Shown here: positions 9,929-18,819 of the stretch, piece by piece
How positions within the stretch are numbered: position 1 is the stretch's first letter
Layout of the letters: the number at the start of each line of letters is the position of its first letter
Assembly (NCBI GenBank): GCA_038212275.1
Contig: JBBQUR010000005.1
Span: forward strand, 64,001-128,000
Direction of reading: 5' to 3'
From: Planctomycetota bacterium
GTDB lineage: Bacteria; Planctomycetota; B15-G4
DNA: 64,000 nt
The notes under the pieces: generated by a model
The model's input: the letters and a program-made list of their open reading frames with translations, nothing else
Told to the model about the DNA's origin: nothing
The model's database searches: none
Translations under genes and position numbers: made by a program

Positions 9929-11251
9929 TCAGAAGACCAGCTGGTACTGGAGCTGGACCTGGGTCGAGTCCGCTGCGGAGCCCTGGTTGTCCAGCTGGTT
10001 GAGATCCAGCTGCCACTTCCCGTTGAGCCTGTCCACGTAGTAGTTCACGCCGATCGAGGTCTGTGTCTGGTCGGGCGTGGCGGCGAGGTCGACGGTGGAC
10101 CGGCGCGCGACGAGCTCCCACCTGTTCGCGACGAGGAACCAGCCGACCTGCACGGTGCTGCCGCTGTTGTCGACATCCGATCCGGACTGCGGATCCGACG
10201 TCTGGTCGTAGACCTCGGTCAGCACGGACCACGGGCCGCTCATGAGCTGGGCTTCCCAGTTCGTCGTCGTCGTGTCCGTGCCCGGCGTCACCGTGTTCAG
10301 GCCGGACGAGTCCACGTTCTGGTTCGCCGCGAAGCCGAGGCTGAGCTTCGTGCTGCCGTCGTTCAGCGTCTGGAACGAAGGCCCCTGCGGAATGAACGAG
10401 CCGAGCGGGTTGTAGGCCACGCGGAAGCCCGAGCGCAGCCCGTCCTGGCTGGAACCCGAGGGATTGCTCGCGCCGGTGCCCTGGCCGTTCGATGACGCGA
10501 CGTAGTATTCCCAGTCTCCATCGCCCGCCGTGCCCCAGACCATCGCGCCCGGTTCGTACGACGGCGCGAACTGCTTGGAGGCGATCGACCGTTCGGCGAA
10601 GGAGAGCGCGCTGGAGGAGATCTGCTCCTCGAGACCGAAAGGAAACTTGAACTGGCCGAGCTTCACGGCATCCGTGGGGTCGAAAGCCCAGTTGATGAAG
10701 GCATCCCGCAACGCGAAGTTCGTCGTCGACGAGGTCGAGCTGGACGTGCTCTGCGTGGCCATGTTCATTTCGAGCTTGTAGGTCACGTTCTCGGCGCCTG
10801 CCGTGCCTTCGAAGGCAAGGCGGGAGAGCGGGATGCTGTAGTTCCTGCTGTCCTTGCTGTCGTCGTCGGAGTTGATGACGTCGAGCCGCGCCTGCAGCAG
10901 GCCCTTCACGCCCAGCGACCACTTGCCGTCGGGCGACTTGAACAGCAGCTTGCCGGGCGCGCCGCCGGTCACCTCCACGGAGGGCGCCGCGAGGCGCTGC
11001 AACCTCGCCTCGATCAGCGAGATTTCCTGGTCCTCGGCCTCCACGCGTTCGCGCGCGAGCGCCAGCACGCTGTCGTACTGCTCGGGTGAGATCACGCCTT
11101 GTTCGAGCAGGATGTCGAGCAGCGCGGTCTCCATGGTCGGCTTTCCGCCGGGCGGCTCGTTCTGCGCGCACAGGATCGCCGAGGGAAGGGCATGCATCAC
11201 GAAGGTCGTGAGCAGTGCAGGCAGCAGGAGTCCGCGGTGTGGAAGGCGCAT
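9929..11251 (-). CDS. Outer-membrane porin, phosphate-selective porin O/P-like
   Basis: Signal peptide; LLDILLEQGVIS N-terminal helix; LRDAFINW, KLGQFKFPFGLEE, FAERS; alternating beta strands; terminal Phe (QYQLVF). Confidence 0.82.
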   Translation of the reverse strand: MRLPHRGLLLPALLTTFVMHALPSAILCAQNEPPGGKPTMETALLDILLEQGVISPEQYDSVLALARERVEAEDQEISLIEARLQRLAAPSVEVTGGAPGKLLFKSPDGKWSLGVKGLLQARLDVINSDDDSKDSRNYSIPLSRLAFEGTAGAENVTYKLEMNMATQSTSSSTSSTTNFALRDAFINWAFDPTDAVKLGQFKFPFGLEEQISSSALSFAERSIASKQFAPSYEPGAMVWGTAGDGDWEYYVASSNGQGTGASNPSGSSQDGLRSGFRVAYNPLGSFIPQGPSFQTLNDGSTKLSLGFAANQNVDSSGLNTVTPGTDTTTTNWEAQLMSGPWSVLTEVYDQTSDPQSGSDVDNSGSTVQVGWFLVANRWELVARRSTVDLAATPDQTQTSIGVNYYVDRLNGKWQLDLNQLDNQGSAADSTQVQLQYQLVF

Positions 11252-11368
11252 GAAGAAGCTCCTGCAGGCGGGTCGCAGGTCCAGGGTCGGGTCACGGCAC
11301 CTGCAGGCGCTGCTCGAACGCGGCGCAACGTACATCCGTGACCCGGGCCGACGAAACGCGTTTGCGGC

Positions 11369-12211
11369 TCAGTGCGTACGAAGGGTCTCGAGCGCAGCCC
11401 GGGTCTTGGACTTGCCGTCGGTGATCAACTCGATCCCGCGGATGCGGAACACGTCATCGAGAGCGACGGCCGTTGCCCCTGCGTCGGTCGATGGCACCTT
11501 CACGGAGAATTCCAGCAGCTCGGTGCCTCCGGGCAGCGTCCAGACTTCGGCAGCCAGCTTGTCCTGCATCTGCTGCACGCTGACATGCCATTCCTTCGCG
11601 GCAATCGGTCCGAAGGGAACAAGGCCGTCCCAGTCGGGCATCAGGCGGCCGTAAGTCCGGAGGAAGTCGAGCTGGCGTCCGCTCAGGATCGACTCGATGC
11701 CCTTCCCGCCGGCGACCACCTTGTCGATGTCGCTGGCCTTGCACTCGAGGGTGAGGGAGCAGGCATCCACGCTGGTCGCGCCGATGCTGTCCTCCTCGCA
11801 TTTGAAGCCGTCCTGTTCGAACCAGGCTGCGGCCACGGCAGTCCGGGCAAGCGGCCGCAGTTTCACGGTGACGTCGTCGCTGCCGCCCTTCACCTTGCGC
11901 AGGCGCAGGATGATCCCGGCCTGGATCAGGTCGAGCGAGGGCGTGTCGAAAAAGGTGACTTCGAGCTTCGACTCCGCCGGGTCGATCAGGCCGAACACCG
12001 CGCGCGTCGCCGGGATCATGTCGGTGCGTATCCTGCGCTTCAGCTCCGTCCGCAGCGGAGCTGTCTCGGGCGCGAGCGCTTCGGACGCGGATGGAGCTGA
12101 CCCCTCCCTGGCGTCGCCCGTGCTGCGCCCGCCGGATGTGTCACTGCATGCGGCGAGCGTGACGCCCAGAATGACGAGCCGTGCGGCCGGGAGCAGGAAT
12201 CGCGGAGACAT
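11369..12211 (-). CDS. Lipoprotein with a CYTH (triphosphate tunnel metalloenzyme)-like domain
   Basis: Lipobox LAAC; TELK, FFDTPSLDL...IILRLRK, VTVKLRP, LEFSVK, SKT motifs resembling CYTH proteins. Confidence 0.68.
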   Translation of the reverse strand: MSPRFLLPAARLVILGVTLAACSDTSGGRSTGDAREGSAPSASEALAPETAPLRTELKRRIRTDMIPATRAVFGLIDPAESKLEVTFFDTPSLDLIQAGIILRLRKVKGGSDDVTVKLRPLARTAVAAAWFEQDGFKCEEDSIGATSVDACSLTLECKASDIDKVVAGGKGIESILSGRQLDFLRTYGRLMPDWDGLVPFGPIAAKEWHVSVQQMQDKLAAEVWTLPGGTELLEFSVKVPSTDAGATAVALDDVFRIRGIELITDGKSKTRAALETLRTH

Positions 12212-12242
12212 CGGCGCAGAATACATCAATCGCTTTCGCGAC

Positions 12243-12872
12243 TCAGCCCAGCAGATGGCGCAGGCGCTCGAGCAGCGGACGGAAACCGGCGCTCGAGAGC
12301 TGGCCGGCCAGGATCAGGCCGGTCAGCGCACCTCCGATGTGCGCCTCGTGCCCGACGTTGCCGAGCCGGCGCTTCGCCGCCCAGATCGACACGAGCACGT
12401 AGCCGATGGCGAAAGCCGGGGCCGGAATGCCGACCGGCAGGAAGAAGAAAGCCACGTCCATGCGGGGCTCGAGCACGATGGCGGCGAAGAGCACGCCCGA
12501 GACCGCGCCACTGGCGCCGAGTGCGCGATAGCCCGGCGTGTTCCGGTGCACGAAAAACGTGAGCAGCGTGGAGCCCACCGCGGCCAGAACGTAGATGATC
12601 AGCATCTTCACGGGCCCGAGGAACTCTTCCACGACGGGGCCGAAGAAGTACAGCGTCATCATGTTGAAGAGCAGATGCGCGATGTCCGCATGCGCGAATT
12701 GCGAGAGCAGCATCCCGGACAGGTTGCGCCCGTTCTGCACCTCTTCGGGCATGAACAGGAAGTCCTCCGTCACATGGTCGCCCCGCATGCGCGAGAAGGC
12801 CCTGAACGAGACGGCGAGATTCACGGCGATCAGCAGCAGCGTGACCGGGGCGTGCGGCATGTCTTCCATCAT
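12243..12872 (-). CDS. Rhomboid family intramembrane serine protease
   Basis: HADIAHLLFNM, GASGAVSG (catalytic Ser), HEAHIGG (catalytic His). Confidence 0.94.
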   Translation of the reverse strand: MMEDMPHAPVTLLLIAVNLAVSFRAFSRMRGDHVTEDFLFMPEEVQNGRNLSGMLLSQFAHADIAHLLFNMMTLYFFGPVVEEFLGPVKMLIIYVLAAVGSTLLTFFVHRNTPGYRALGASGAVSGVLFAAIVLEPRMDVAFFFLPVGIPAPAFAIGYVLVSIWAAKRRLGNVGHEAHIGGALTGLILAGQLSSAGFRPLLERLRHLLG

Positions 12873-12906
12873 GAGCGGTCACTCCGGTGGCATGGCCAGG
12901 GCCCGT

Positions 12907-12960
12907 GGCGCGGGGCGGGCCGGCGGCGCGGGGCGGGCTGGCGGCGCGGGGCGAGCCGGC
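12907..12960. repeat. Intergenic 18-bp tandem repeat x3
   Basis: GGCGCGGGGCG(G/A)GC(C/T)GGC three times. Confidence 0.85.
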
Positions 12961-13104
12961 CTCGCGCGTCGGGCCGGCGGTACGTGGCCTGGTTCATCGG
13001 GCGGCAGCGTAGCGTCATGAGCCGTCAGGCACCCAGCGCGATCGGGACGACCGCGAGCGCGGGTGGCTGGGTCGGGGGCAGCGTCGCCGCGCCGTCAGCG
13101 GCCG

Positions 13105-14442
13105 TCAGCTGCCGTCGCGCAGCCGAGCCAGCATGCCGTGCGCGGCGGCGACGCCGCTCGCGAAGCAGGCGGTCAGCAGGTAGCCGCCGGTGGGGGCCTC
13201 CCAGTCGAGCATCTCTCCAGCGCAGAAGACGCCGGGCCGCGCTCGCAGTTGCAGGCCGGGCGTCAGCGCCTCCCAGCGGACGCCGCCCGCCGTGCTGATC
13301 GCCTCGTCCAGCGGTCGTGGTGCGGTCAGCGTGAGCGGCAGCGCCTTGATGGCGGAGGCGAGCCGCGCGGGGTCGGCAAGCAGCTCGCGCGGCAGGAGTT
13401 CGTGAAGCAAGGCGGCCCGGACTCCCTCGAGGCCGAGGCGGCTTCTCAGGTGATTGGCCAGCGAGCGCGACCCGCGCGGCCGCGCCAGCGCGTCGCGGAC
13501 ATGGGCCTCGGTGCGCCCTGGCAGCAGGTCGAGGTGCAGGACGGCCGCGCCGTGCGCTTCGATCGCGTCGCGCGCCGGCGCGGACACCGCGTAGATGAGG
13601 CCGCCTTCGACGCCGGTGTCGGTGATCAAGCACTCGCCGGCCTGGAAGAACGCGGCGCCGTCCGGAGCGGTGAACGACACGGTCAAAGGCTTGAGCGGAT
13701 GCCCGGCGAAGCGGCTGCGGAAGTGATCGCTCCAGCCGGGCAGGGTGCCGCCTCCGGGCCCCGTCGGCGTGGACACCGCGTCGGCGAGGCGGGCTGCCAC
13801 GGGTCGCGAGATGTCGAAGCCGCTGTTGGACGGGCGCAGCGGGGCGACGTCCACGCCGCACTCGCGCAGCAGCGGCACCCAGGCGCCGGTCGAACCGAGC
13901 CGCGCCCAGCTTCCTCCACCCAGCGCGAGCAGCACGGCACGGCAGCTGAAGCTCAGCTCGCCTCGCGGCGTGGCGAATCTCAGCGTGTGGTGCCCGTCGC
14001 GGGAGGGGCCGAAGCCGAGCCAGCGATGGCGCATCGAGAAGGCCACGCCGGCCCCGCGCAGACGCACCAGCCAGGCACGCAGCAGTGGCGCGGCCTGCAT
14101 GCCGACGGGGAAGACACGGCCTGAGCTGCCGACGAAGGTTTCGACGCCGAGACCCGCAGCCCACGCCCGCAAGGCGTCGGCCCCGAAGGCGTCGAGCAGA
14201 GGCTCGAGTTGCCGACGTCGCGGACCGTAGCGGCCGAGAAACTGCTCGCGCGGCTCGCCGTGGGTGAGGTTGAGGCCGCCCTTGCCCGCGATCAGGAATT
14301 TGCGTCCGACCGTGGGCATGGCATCGAAGAGCGTGACGCGCACGCCTGCGGCGGAGAGCACCTCGGCCGCCATCAGCCCGGCCGGTCCGCCGCCGACGAT
14401 GGCGATGGGCAGATCGTCCGGTGGGGAGGCCTCGATGGGCAT
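13105..14442 (-). CDS. HI0933/BaiN-like NAD(P)/FAD flavoprotein (TIGR03862-type)
   Basis: GGGPAGLMAAE, GRKFLIAGKGGLNLTH, GSSGRVFP, EAISTAGGV, GEMLDWEAPTGGYLLTACFASG. Start taken at ATG 14442 rather than the extended ORF start. Confidence 0.92.
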   Translation of the reverse strand: MPIEASPPDDLPIAIVGGGPAGLMAAEVLSAAGVRVTLFDAMPTVGRKFLIAGKGGLNLTHGEPREQFLGRYGPRRRQLEPLLDAFGADALRAWAAGLGVETFVGSSGRVFPVGMQAAPLLRAWLVRLRGAGVAFSMRHRWLGFGPSRDGHHTLRFATPRGELSFSCRAVLLALGGGSWARLGSTGAWVPLLRECGVDVAPLRPSNSGFDISRPVAARLADAVSTPTGPGGGTLPGWSDHFRSRFAGHPLKPLTVSFTAPDGAAFFQAGECLITDTGVEGGLIYAVSAPARDAIEAHGAAVLHLDLLPGRTEAHVRDALARPRGSRSLANHLRSRLGLEGVRAALLHELLPRELLADPARLASAIKALPLTLTAPRPLDEAISTAGGVRWEALTPGLQLRARPGVFCAGEMLDWEAPTGGYLLTACFASGVAAAHGMLARLRDGS

Positions 14443-14562
14443 GCGATGGGCTCGAGCGTGAGCGCACGGAACTCCGGCGCAGCGCCGGTGCGCGCAGTGT
14501 GGCACATGCACGTAACGCCGCGCGGGGCCAGCCGTCCTTGAGAAAGTCCCCGAGGAGCCACC

Positions 14563-14898
14563 ATGACCGCCGCCCTGCTTGCCGACGACATTCCCGCTCC
14601 GCTCGTGGCAGTGCTGCGCTCGCGCCGGCACCGTCGCGAGTGGGAGAACGTCCGCGCCTTCCGCGTGCTCTTCTCGACGGGCGACGAGACGGTGCTGCTG
14701 TCCAGCGTCACGCCGCCGATCGCGGGCGCGATCCGATACGGTGCCGACGGCGAGGTGCTGCCGTCGTTTCTCACGGTGCAGCATCCGCGCCTGCACGTCG
14801 TGCGTGCCGACGAGATCCTCTCCTGCGTGGAGGTCGACGCACCTCGGCGCAGCCGGAGGCGCCCGGCTCCGCGCCGCACGAAACGACGCGTCAGCTAG
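14563..14898 (+). CDS. Small hypothetical protein with an Arg-rich tail
   Basis: GAGGAG RBS just upstream; GC3-rich codons; fills the gap between two minus-strand genes. Confidence 0.65.
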   Translation: MTAALLADDIPAPLVAVLRSRRHRREWENVRAFRVLFSTGDETVLLSSVTPPIAGAIRYGADGEVLPSFLTVQHPRLHVVRADEILSCVEVDAPRRSRRRPAPRRTKRRVS

Positions 14899-15985
14899 CA
14901 GCCGGTGAGCCGTACCAGCGCTCGAGCACGGCGCGCCACTCGTCGAGACCGTGCGTCGTGGCGAAGGCGTTGCGCACGGCTTCGTGCTCCGGGTGCATGC
15001 GGGCGAACTTGATGGCGAACATCCGCATCGTCGCGTGGGCGCCGGCCGTGCCGCCGGCCTCCATGCAGAGCTGCAGGTGCAGCAGAAGGACGCGGCGTTG
15101 CTCGGCAAGGTCGGGCACGGGGAGCGGAAGGCCGGCGGCCAGGGCGCGGGCCTGACCGAAGATCCACGGGTTGCCGATGGCGCCGCGCGCCACCGAGACG
15201 CCGTCGACTCCGGTGTGGGCGAGCATGTCGAGGCAGGCCTGGGCGGTGAAGAGGTCGCCGCTGCCCAGAATGGTGCGCGAGCCGGCGAGGGCCTTCACCT
15301 CGCGCAGGACATCCCAGTTGCTTGGCCCGTCGTACTTCTGCGCGACGGTGCGGCCGTGCACCGTGATGGCGGCCACGCCGCGCGCGAAGGCGCCGTCGAG
15401 GATTTCATCGAAGCGGGCGCGGCTCTCGGCGGAGTCGTCCAGGCCGCGCCGCATCTTCAGCGTGACCGGAATCTCCGGCGGCACCGCTTCGCGCACGCGC
15501 TCGACGATCTCCAGCGCGATGGCCGGCTGGCCCAGGTGGTAACCGCCCCGGCAGCCTCCGACCGCGGACTTCACGGGGCAGCCGAAGTTGATGTCGATGA
15601 CGTCGAAGCCTGCGGCGACGAGCCGCGCCGCGGCAGGCGCGAAGTCTGCCGGCACGGAGCCCATGAGCTGCCCGCCCACGGGATGTTCCTCGTCGGTCAC
15701 GCGCAGGTGGTGGGCGGTGCGCGAACGCTGCTTCAACTCCAGGAGAAATCTTTCGATCAGCACCTCGCCCAGCGTGTACGGGGCGCCGAGCCGGCGCGCG
15801 ACGCGGCGCATCGGCCCGTCGCTGTAGCCGCTGAGCGCCGCCTGCACGACGGGGAAGCCGATCTCCACGTTGCCCAGGCGGAGCGGTCGCAGCGCGATCG
15901 GAGCACCCGTCGCGGCGCCTGCCGCCGGTCGCGGCGTCCGGATGGGCGGCGGCAGCAGGTCGATGCGTGATGCGGAGTTTGTCAC
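14891..15985 (-). CDS. dus: tRNA-dihydrouridine synthase (DusB-like)
   Basis: QAALSGYSD, DINFGCPV (catalytic Cys), TLKMRRG, ITVHGRT, GSGDL, VARGAIGNPWIF. Start uncertain. Confidence 0.92.
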   Translation of the reverse strand: MTNSASRIDLLPPPIRTPRPAAGAATGAPIALRPLRLGNVEIGFPVVQAALSGYSDGPMRRVARRLGAPYTLGEVLIERFLLELKQRSRTAHHLRVTDEEHPVGGQLMGSVPADFAPAAARLVAAGFDVIDINFGCPVKSAVGGCRGGYHLGQPAIALEIVERVREAVPPEIPVTLKMRRGLDDSAESRARFDEILDGAFARGVAAITVHGRTVAQKYDGPSNWDVLREVKALAGSRTILGSGDLFTAQACLDMLAHTGVDGVSVARGAIGNPWIFGQARALAAGLPLPVPDLAEQRRVLLLHLQLCMEAGGTAGAHATMRMFAIKFARMHPEHEAVRNAFATTHGLDEWRAVLERWYGSPAAS

Positions 15986-16335
15986 GCCCACGAGTGTGAC
16001 GCCGGCGTGCCCGGCACGGAAGTCGGGCGGCACGCACTCCGGGAGGCCACTGGAGCGGAAGCCGGATCTCACCGCGCGCCGAGCCGCATTGCAGATCAGT
16101 CGTTTCGGCTGCGCACGGCGGAGTCAGGCGTGTCGCCCTCGTCGCCACGCGGCCGCGCGCAACGACCCGGGAGACTTCTCCTCGCAACACACCCTTGGAA
16201 ACATGGTGTATTCTCCTTCCCGCGAATGTTTTCGAAGCGTGGTCTTGTCGGGCAGTACGGAATCGACCACCGGCCATGCAGTCGAGACGTCGCGACCCGT
16301 CAGCGAAAGCAAGTCACCTCCAAAGGACAACACCG

Positions 16336-18621
16336 ATGAAGCAATTCTGGTCTTCAACACCAAACTCCCTGCGGCGCAGGTTCGCTCCTGCCGCAGCGCT
16401 GGCCCTCGTCGCGGCCGCGTTCACCACGCCTGATGTCGTCGCGCAGCAGTCCGTTGCACGCCAGTGGAACGAGAAGCAGCTGGCGTCGATCCGTCTCGAC
16501 CTGGCTCGCCCGGTCGTCGGCGCGCGCAACCTCTATCACGTCTCCGCAGCCATGTGGGATGCATGGGCCACCTACGACTTCAACGCGCACCCGGTCTACT
16601 TCAGCGAGAGTCACGCGACGAGCGATCCGAACGTCGAAGCGTGGCGCAACGAAGCGATCAGCTTTGCCGCGTACCGCGTCCTGATCGACCGCTACGCCGC
16701 TTCGCCGGGCGCCGCAGTCGTCCTGCCGCAGTACGACGCGCTCATGGCCACGCTCGGCTACGACAAGAACAACACGTCCGTCGTGGGTGACTCGCCTGCC
16801 GCCATCGGCAATCGCATCGCGGCGCGCGTCATTGCCGAAGGCCTGGTCGACGGCGCCAACCAGCAGAACAACTACGCCAATCAGTGGTACGTGCCGTCGA
16901 ACCCGCCGCTCATTCCGGCGTTCCCGGGCAACCCCGACCTGATCTACCCGAACCTCTGGCAGCCGCTGGCGATCCAGTTCTTCGTCGACCAGAATGGAAA
17001 CCCGATCCCCGGTGGTTATCCGGGCTTCCTCGGTCCGGAGTGGGGCAACGTCACGCCGTTCTCTCTCTCCACCGATGACCTGACGATCCACCCGAAGGGC
17101 GGACACGACTGGAAGGTCTATCACGACCCGGGTTCGCCCCCGCTGGAAGGCAGCGCGGAGGACCAGTACTACAAGAAGACCTTCGAGACGACGCTGGTCT
17201 GGTCTTCGCACCTCGATCCGACCGACGGCGTGATGGTCGACGCCTCGCCGGCTGGCGTCGGCCAGGCCGTGCTCCCCAACGGTCTCTCCGAGTACGACCA
17301 GTTCTACGACTTCCTCGAAGGCGGCGACAACGGCACCGGCTACGCCCTGAACCCGATCACCGGCCAGCCGTATGCCCCGCAGATCGTGCCGCGCGGCGAC
17401 TACGCTCGCTGCCTGGCCGAGTTCTGGGCCGACGGACCGAGTTCGGAGACGCCGCCCGGTCACTGGTTCACGATCTTCAACTACGTCGCTGACGGCCTCG
17501 CCGAGAAGAAGTTCGGTGGCGTCGGTCCGACCGTGAACAATCTCGAGTGGGACGTCAAGGGCTACATCACCCTCGGCGGCGCGATGCACGACGTGGCCAT
17601 CGCCTGCTGGGGTGCCAAGGGTTACTACGACTACATCCGGCCGATCAGCGCCATCCGCCACATGGCGGACAAGGGCCAGAGCTCGGATGTGAATGCTCCT
17701 CACTATGATCCGAACGGGCTGCCGCTCGTTCCGGGCAAGGTGGAGATCATCACTGCGGACCGGACCGGCCCGGGCGGCGACATGGAGCACCTGTTCGGCT
17801 ACGAGGGCGAGATCGCCGCCTATGCATGGCGCGGACCGGACTACATCGTCAATCCGGCCACGGACGTTGCCGGCGTGGACTGGATCCTCGCGAAGGCGTG
17901 GTGGTCCTATCAGCGTCCGTCCTTCGTCACGCCGCCCTTCGCGGGTTACATGTCCGGTCACAGCACGTTCAGCCGCGCGGCGGCCAACGTGATGACGGCT
18001 CTCACCGGGTCCGAGTACTTCCCGAACGGCCTTGGCGAGTTCATCTGCCCGCAGAACCAGTTCCTCGTCTTCGAGGATGGTCCCAGCGTGACGGTGAAGC
18101 TGCAGTGGGCGAAGTATGTCGATGCCTCGGACCAGTGCTCGCTCTCGCGCATCTGGGGCGGCATCCACCCGCCAGCGGATGACATCCCGGGCCGCAAGGA
18201 AGGCATCGAAATCGCTGCCGACGCTCTCACCAAGGCCTACACGGTGTGGACGCCCTGGTCCGACGTCGGGAACAGCCTGGCGGGTCAATCGGGCGCGCCT
18301 GTCCTCGTGGGCACGGGCAAGCTCGATCCGGCGTCCCCGGGCGATCTCACGCTCAGCAATGCCCGGCCGTCGGCGGCCGCCGCACTGCTGGTGTCGCTGA
18401 GCTCCGTGCCGGTGCCCTACAAGGGCGGTGTGCTGGTGGCCAACCCGGCGGCGTTCACGCTGCTCGGGAAGACCCAGGTGGACGGCACGTCCGTGGTGCC
18501 CTTCCATTGGCCGGTCGGCGTGGCCTCGGGCACGCAGGTCTGGTTCCAGTACGCGATTCGCGACGCTGCTGCGGTTCAGCAGGTTGCGCTGAGCAACGCG
18601 GTCCGGGCCGTGACGCCGTGA
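16336..18621 (+). CDS. Secreted vanadium-dependent haloperoxidase/PAP2-superfamily protein with a C-terminal beta domain
   Basis: AAGGAC RBS; signal peptide; SVARQWNE; active-site motifs WGAKGYYDYIRP, TPPFAGYMSGHSTFS, SRIWGGIHPPAD. Confidence 0.88.
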   Translation: MKQFWSSTPNSLRRRFAPAAALALVAAAFTTPDVVAQQSVARQWNEKQLASIRLDLARPVVGARNLYHVSAAMWDAWATYDFNAHPVYFSESHATSDPNVEAWRNEAISFAAYRVLIDRYAASPGAAVVLPQYDALMATLGYDKNNTSVVGDSPAAIGNRIAARVIAEGLVDGANQQNNYANQWYVPSNPPLIPAFPGNPDLIYPNLWQPLAIQFFVDQNGNPIPGGYPGFLGPEWGNVTPFSLSTDDLTIHPKGGHDWKVYHDPGSPPLEGSAEDQYYKKTFETTLVWSSHLDPTDGVMVDASPAGVGQAVLPNGLSEYDQFYDFLEGGDNGTGYALNPITGQPYAPQIVPRGDYARCLAEFWADGPSSETPPGHWFTIFNYVADGLAEKKFGGVGPTVNNLEWDVKGYITLGGAMHDVAIACWGAKGYYDYIRPISAIRHMADKGQSSDVNAPHYDPNGLPLVPGKVEIITADRTGPGGDMEHLFGYEGEIAAYAWRGPDYIVNPATDVAGVDWILAKAWWSYQRPSFVTPPFAGYMSGHSTFSRAAANVMTALTGSEYFPNGLGEFICPQNQFLVFEDGPSVTVKLQWAKYVDASDQCSLSRIWGGIHPPADDIPGRKEGIEIAADALTKAYTVWTPWSDVGNSLAGQSGAPVLVGTGKLDPASPGDLTLSNARPSAAAALLVSLSSVPVPYKGGVLVANPAAFTLLGKTQVDGTSVVPFHWPVGVASGTQVWFQYAIRDAAAVQQVALSNAVRAVTP

Positions 18622-18630
18622 CCTCGTGAG

Positions 18631-18683
18631 GCGACCCGTCCCGGGTCTGGCCCTTCAGCGGGTCAGGCCCGGGGCGTGGTCGT
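18631..18683 (+). terminator. GC-rich hairpin, likely terminator
   Basis: CCCGGGTCTGGCCC-ttcagc-GGGTCAGGCCCGGG stem (with G:U pairs) just after the stop; no U tract. Confidence 0.55.
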
Positions 18684-18819
18684 CGTGCGGCCGGGATCTC
18701 CCGGCCATCTGACGAGTTTTGTCCGATGATGCGCGTCGGTGTGCAAGGTCACACCGGCGCGCATTCGCTTTTCCCGCGCGGCGCGTCCCTCCCGTACGAC
18801 GCCCGATGAGCTACGCCCG

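Noticed and set aside
15990..16335. Riboswitch or ncRNA in the larger intergenic gaps (also 48510-48755, 60110-60300)
   Set aside because: No recognisable conserved RNA motif by eye; an Rfam cmscan would be needed.
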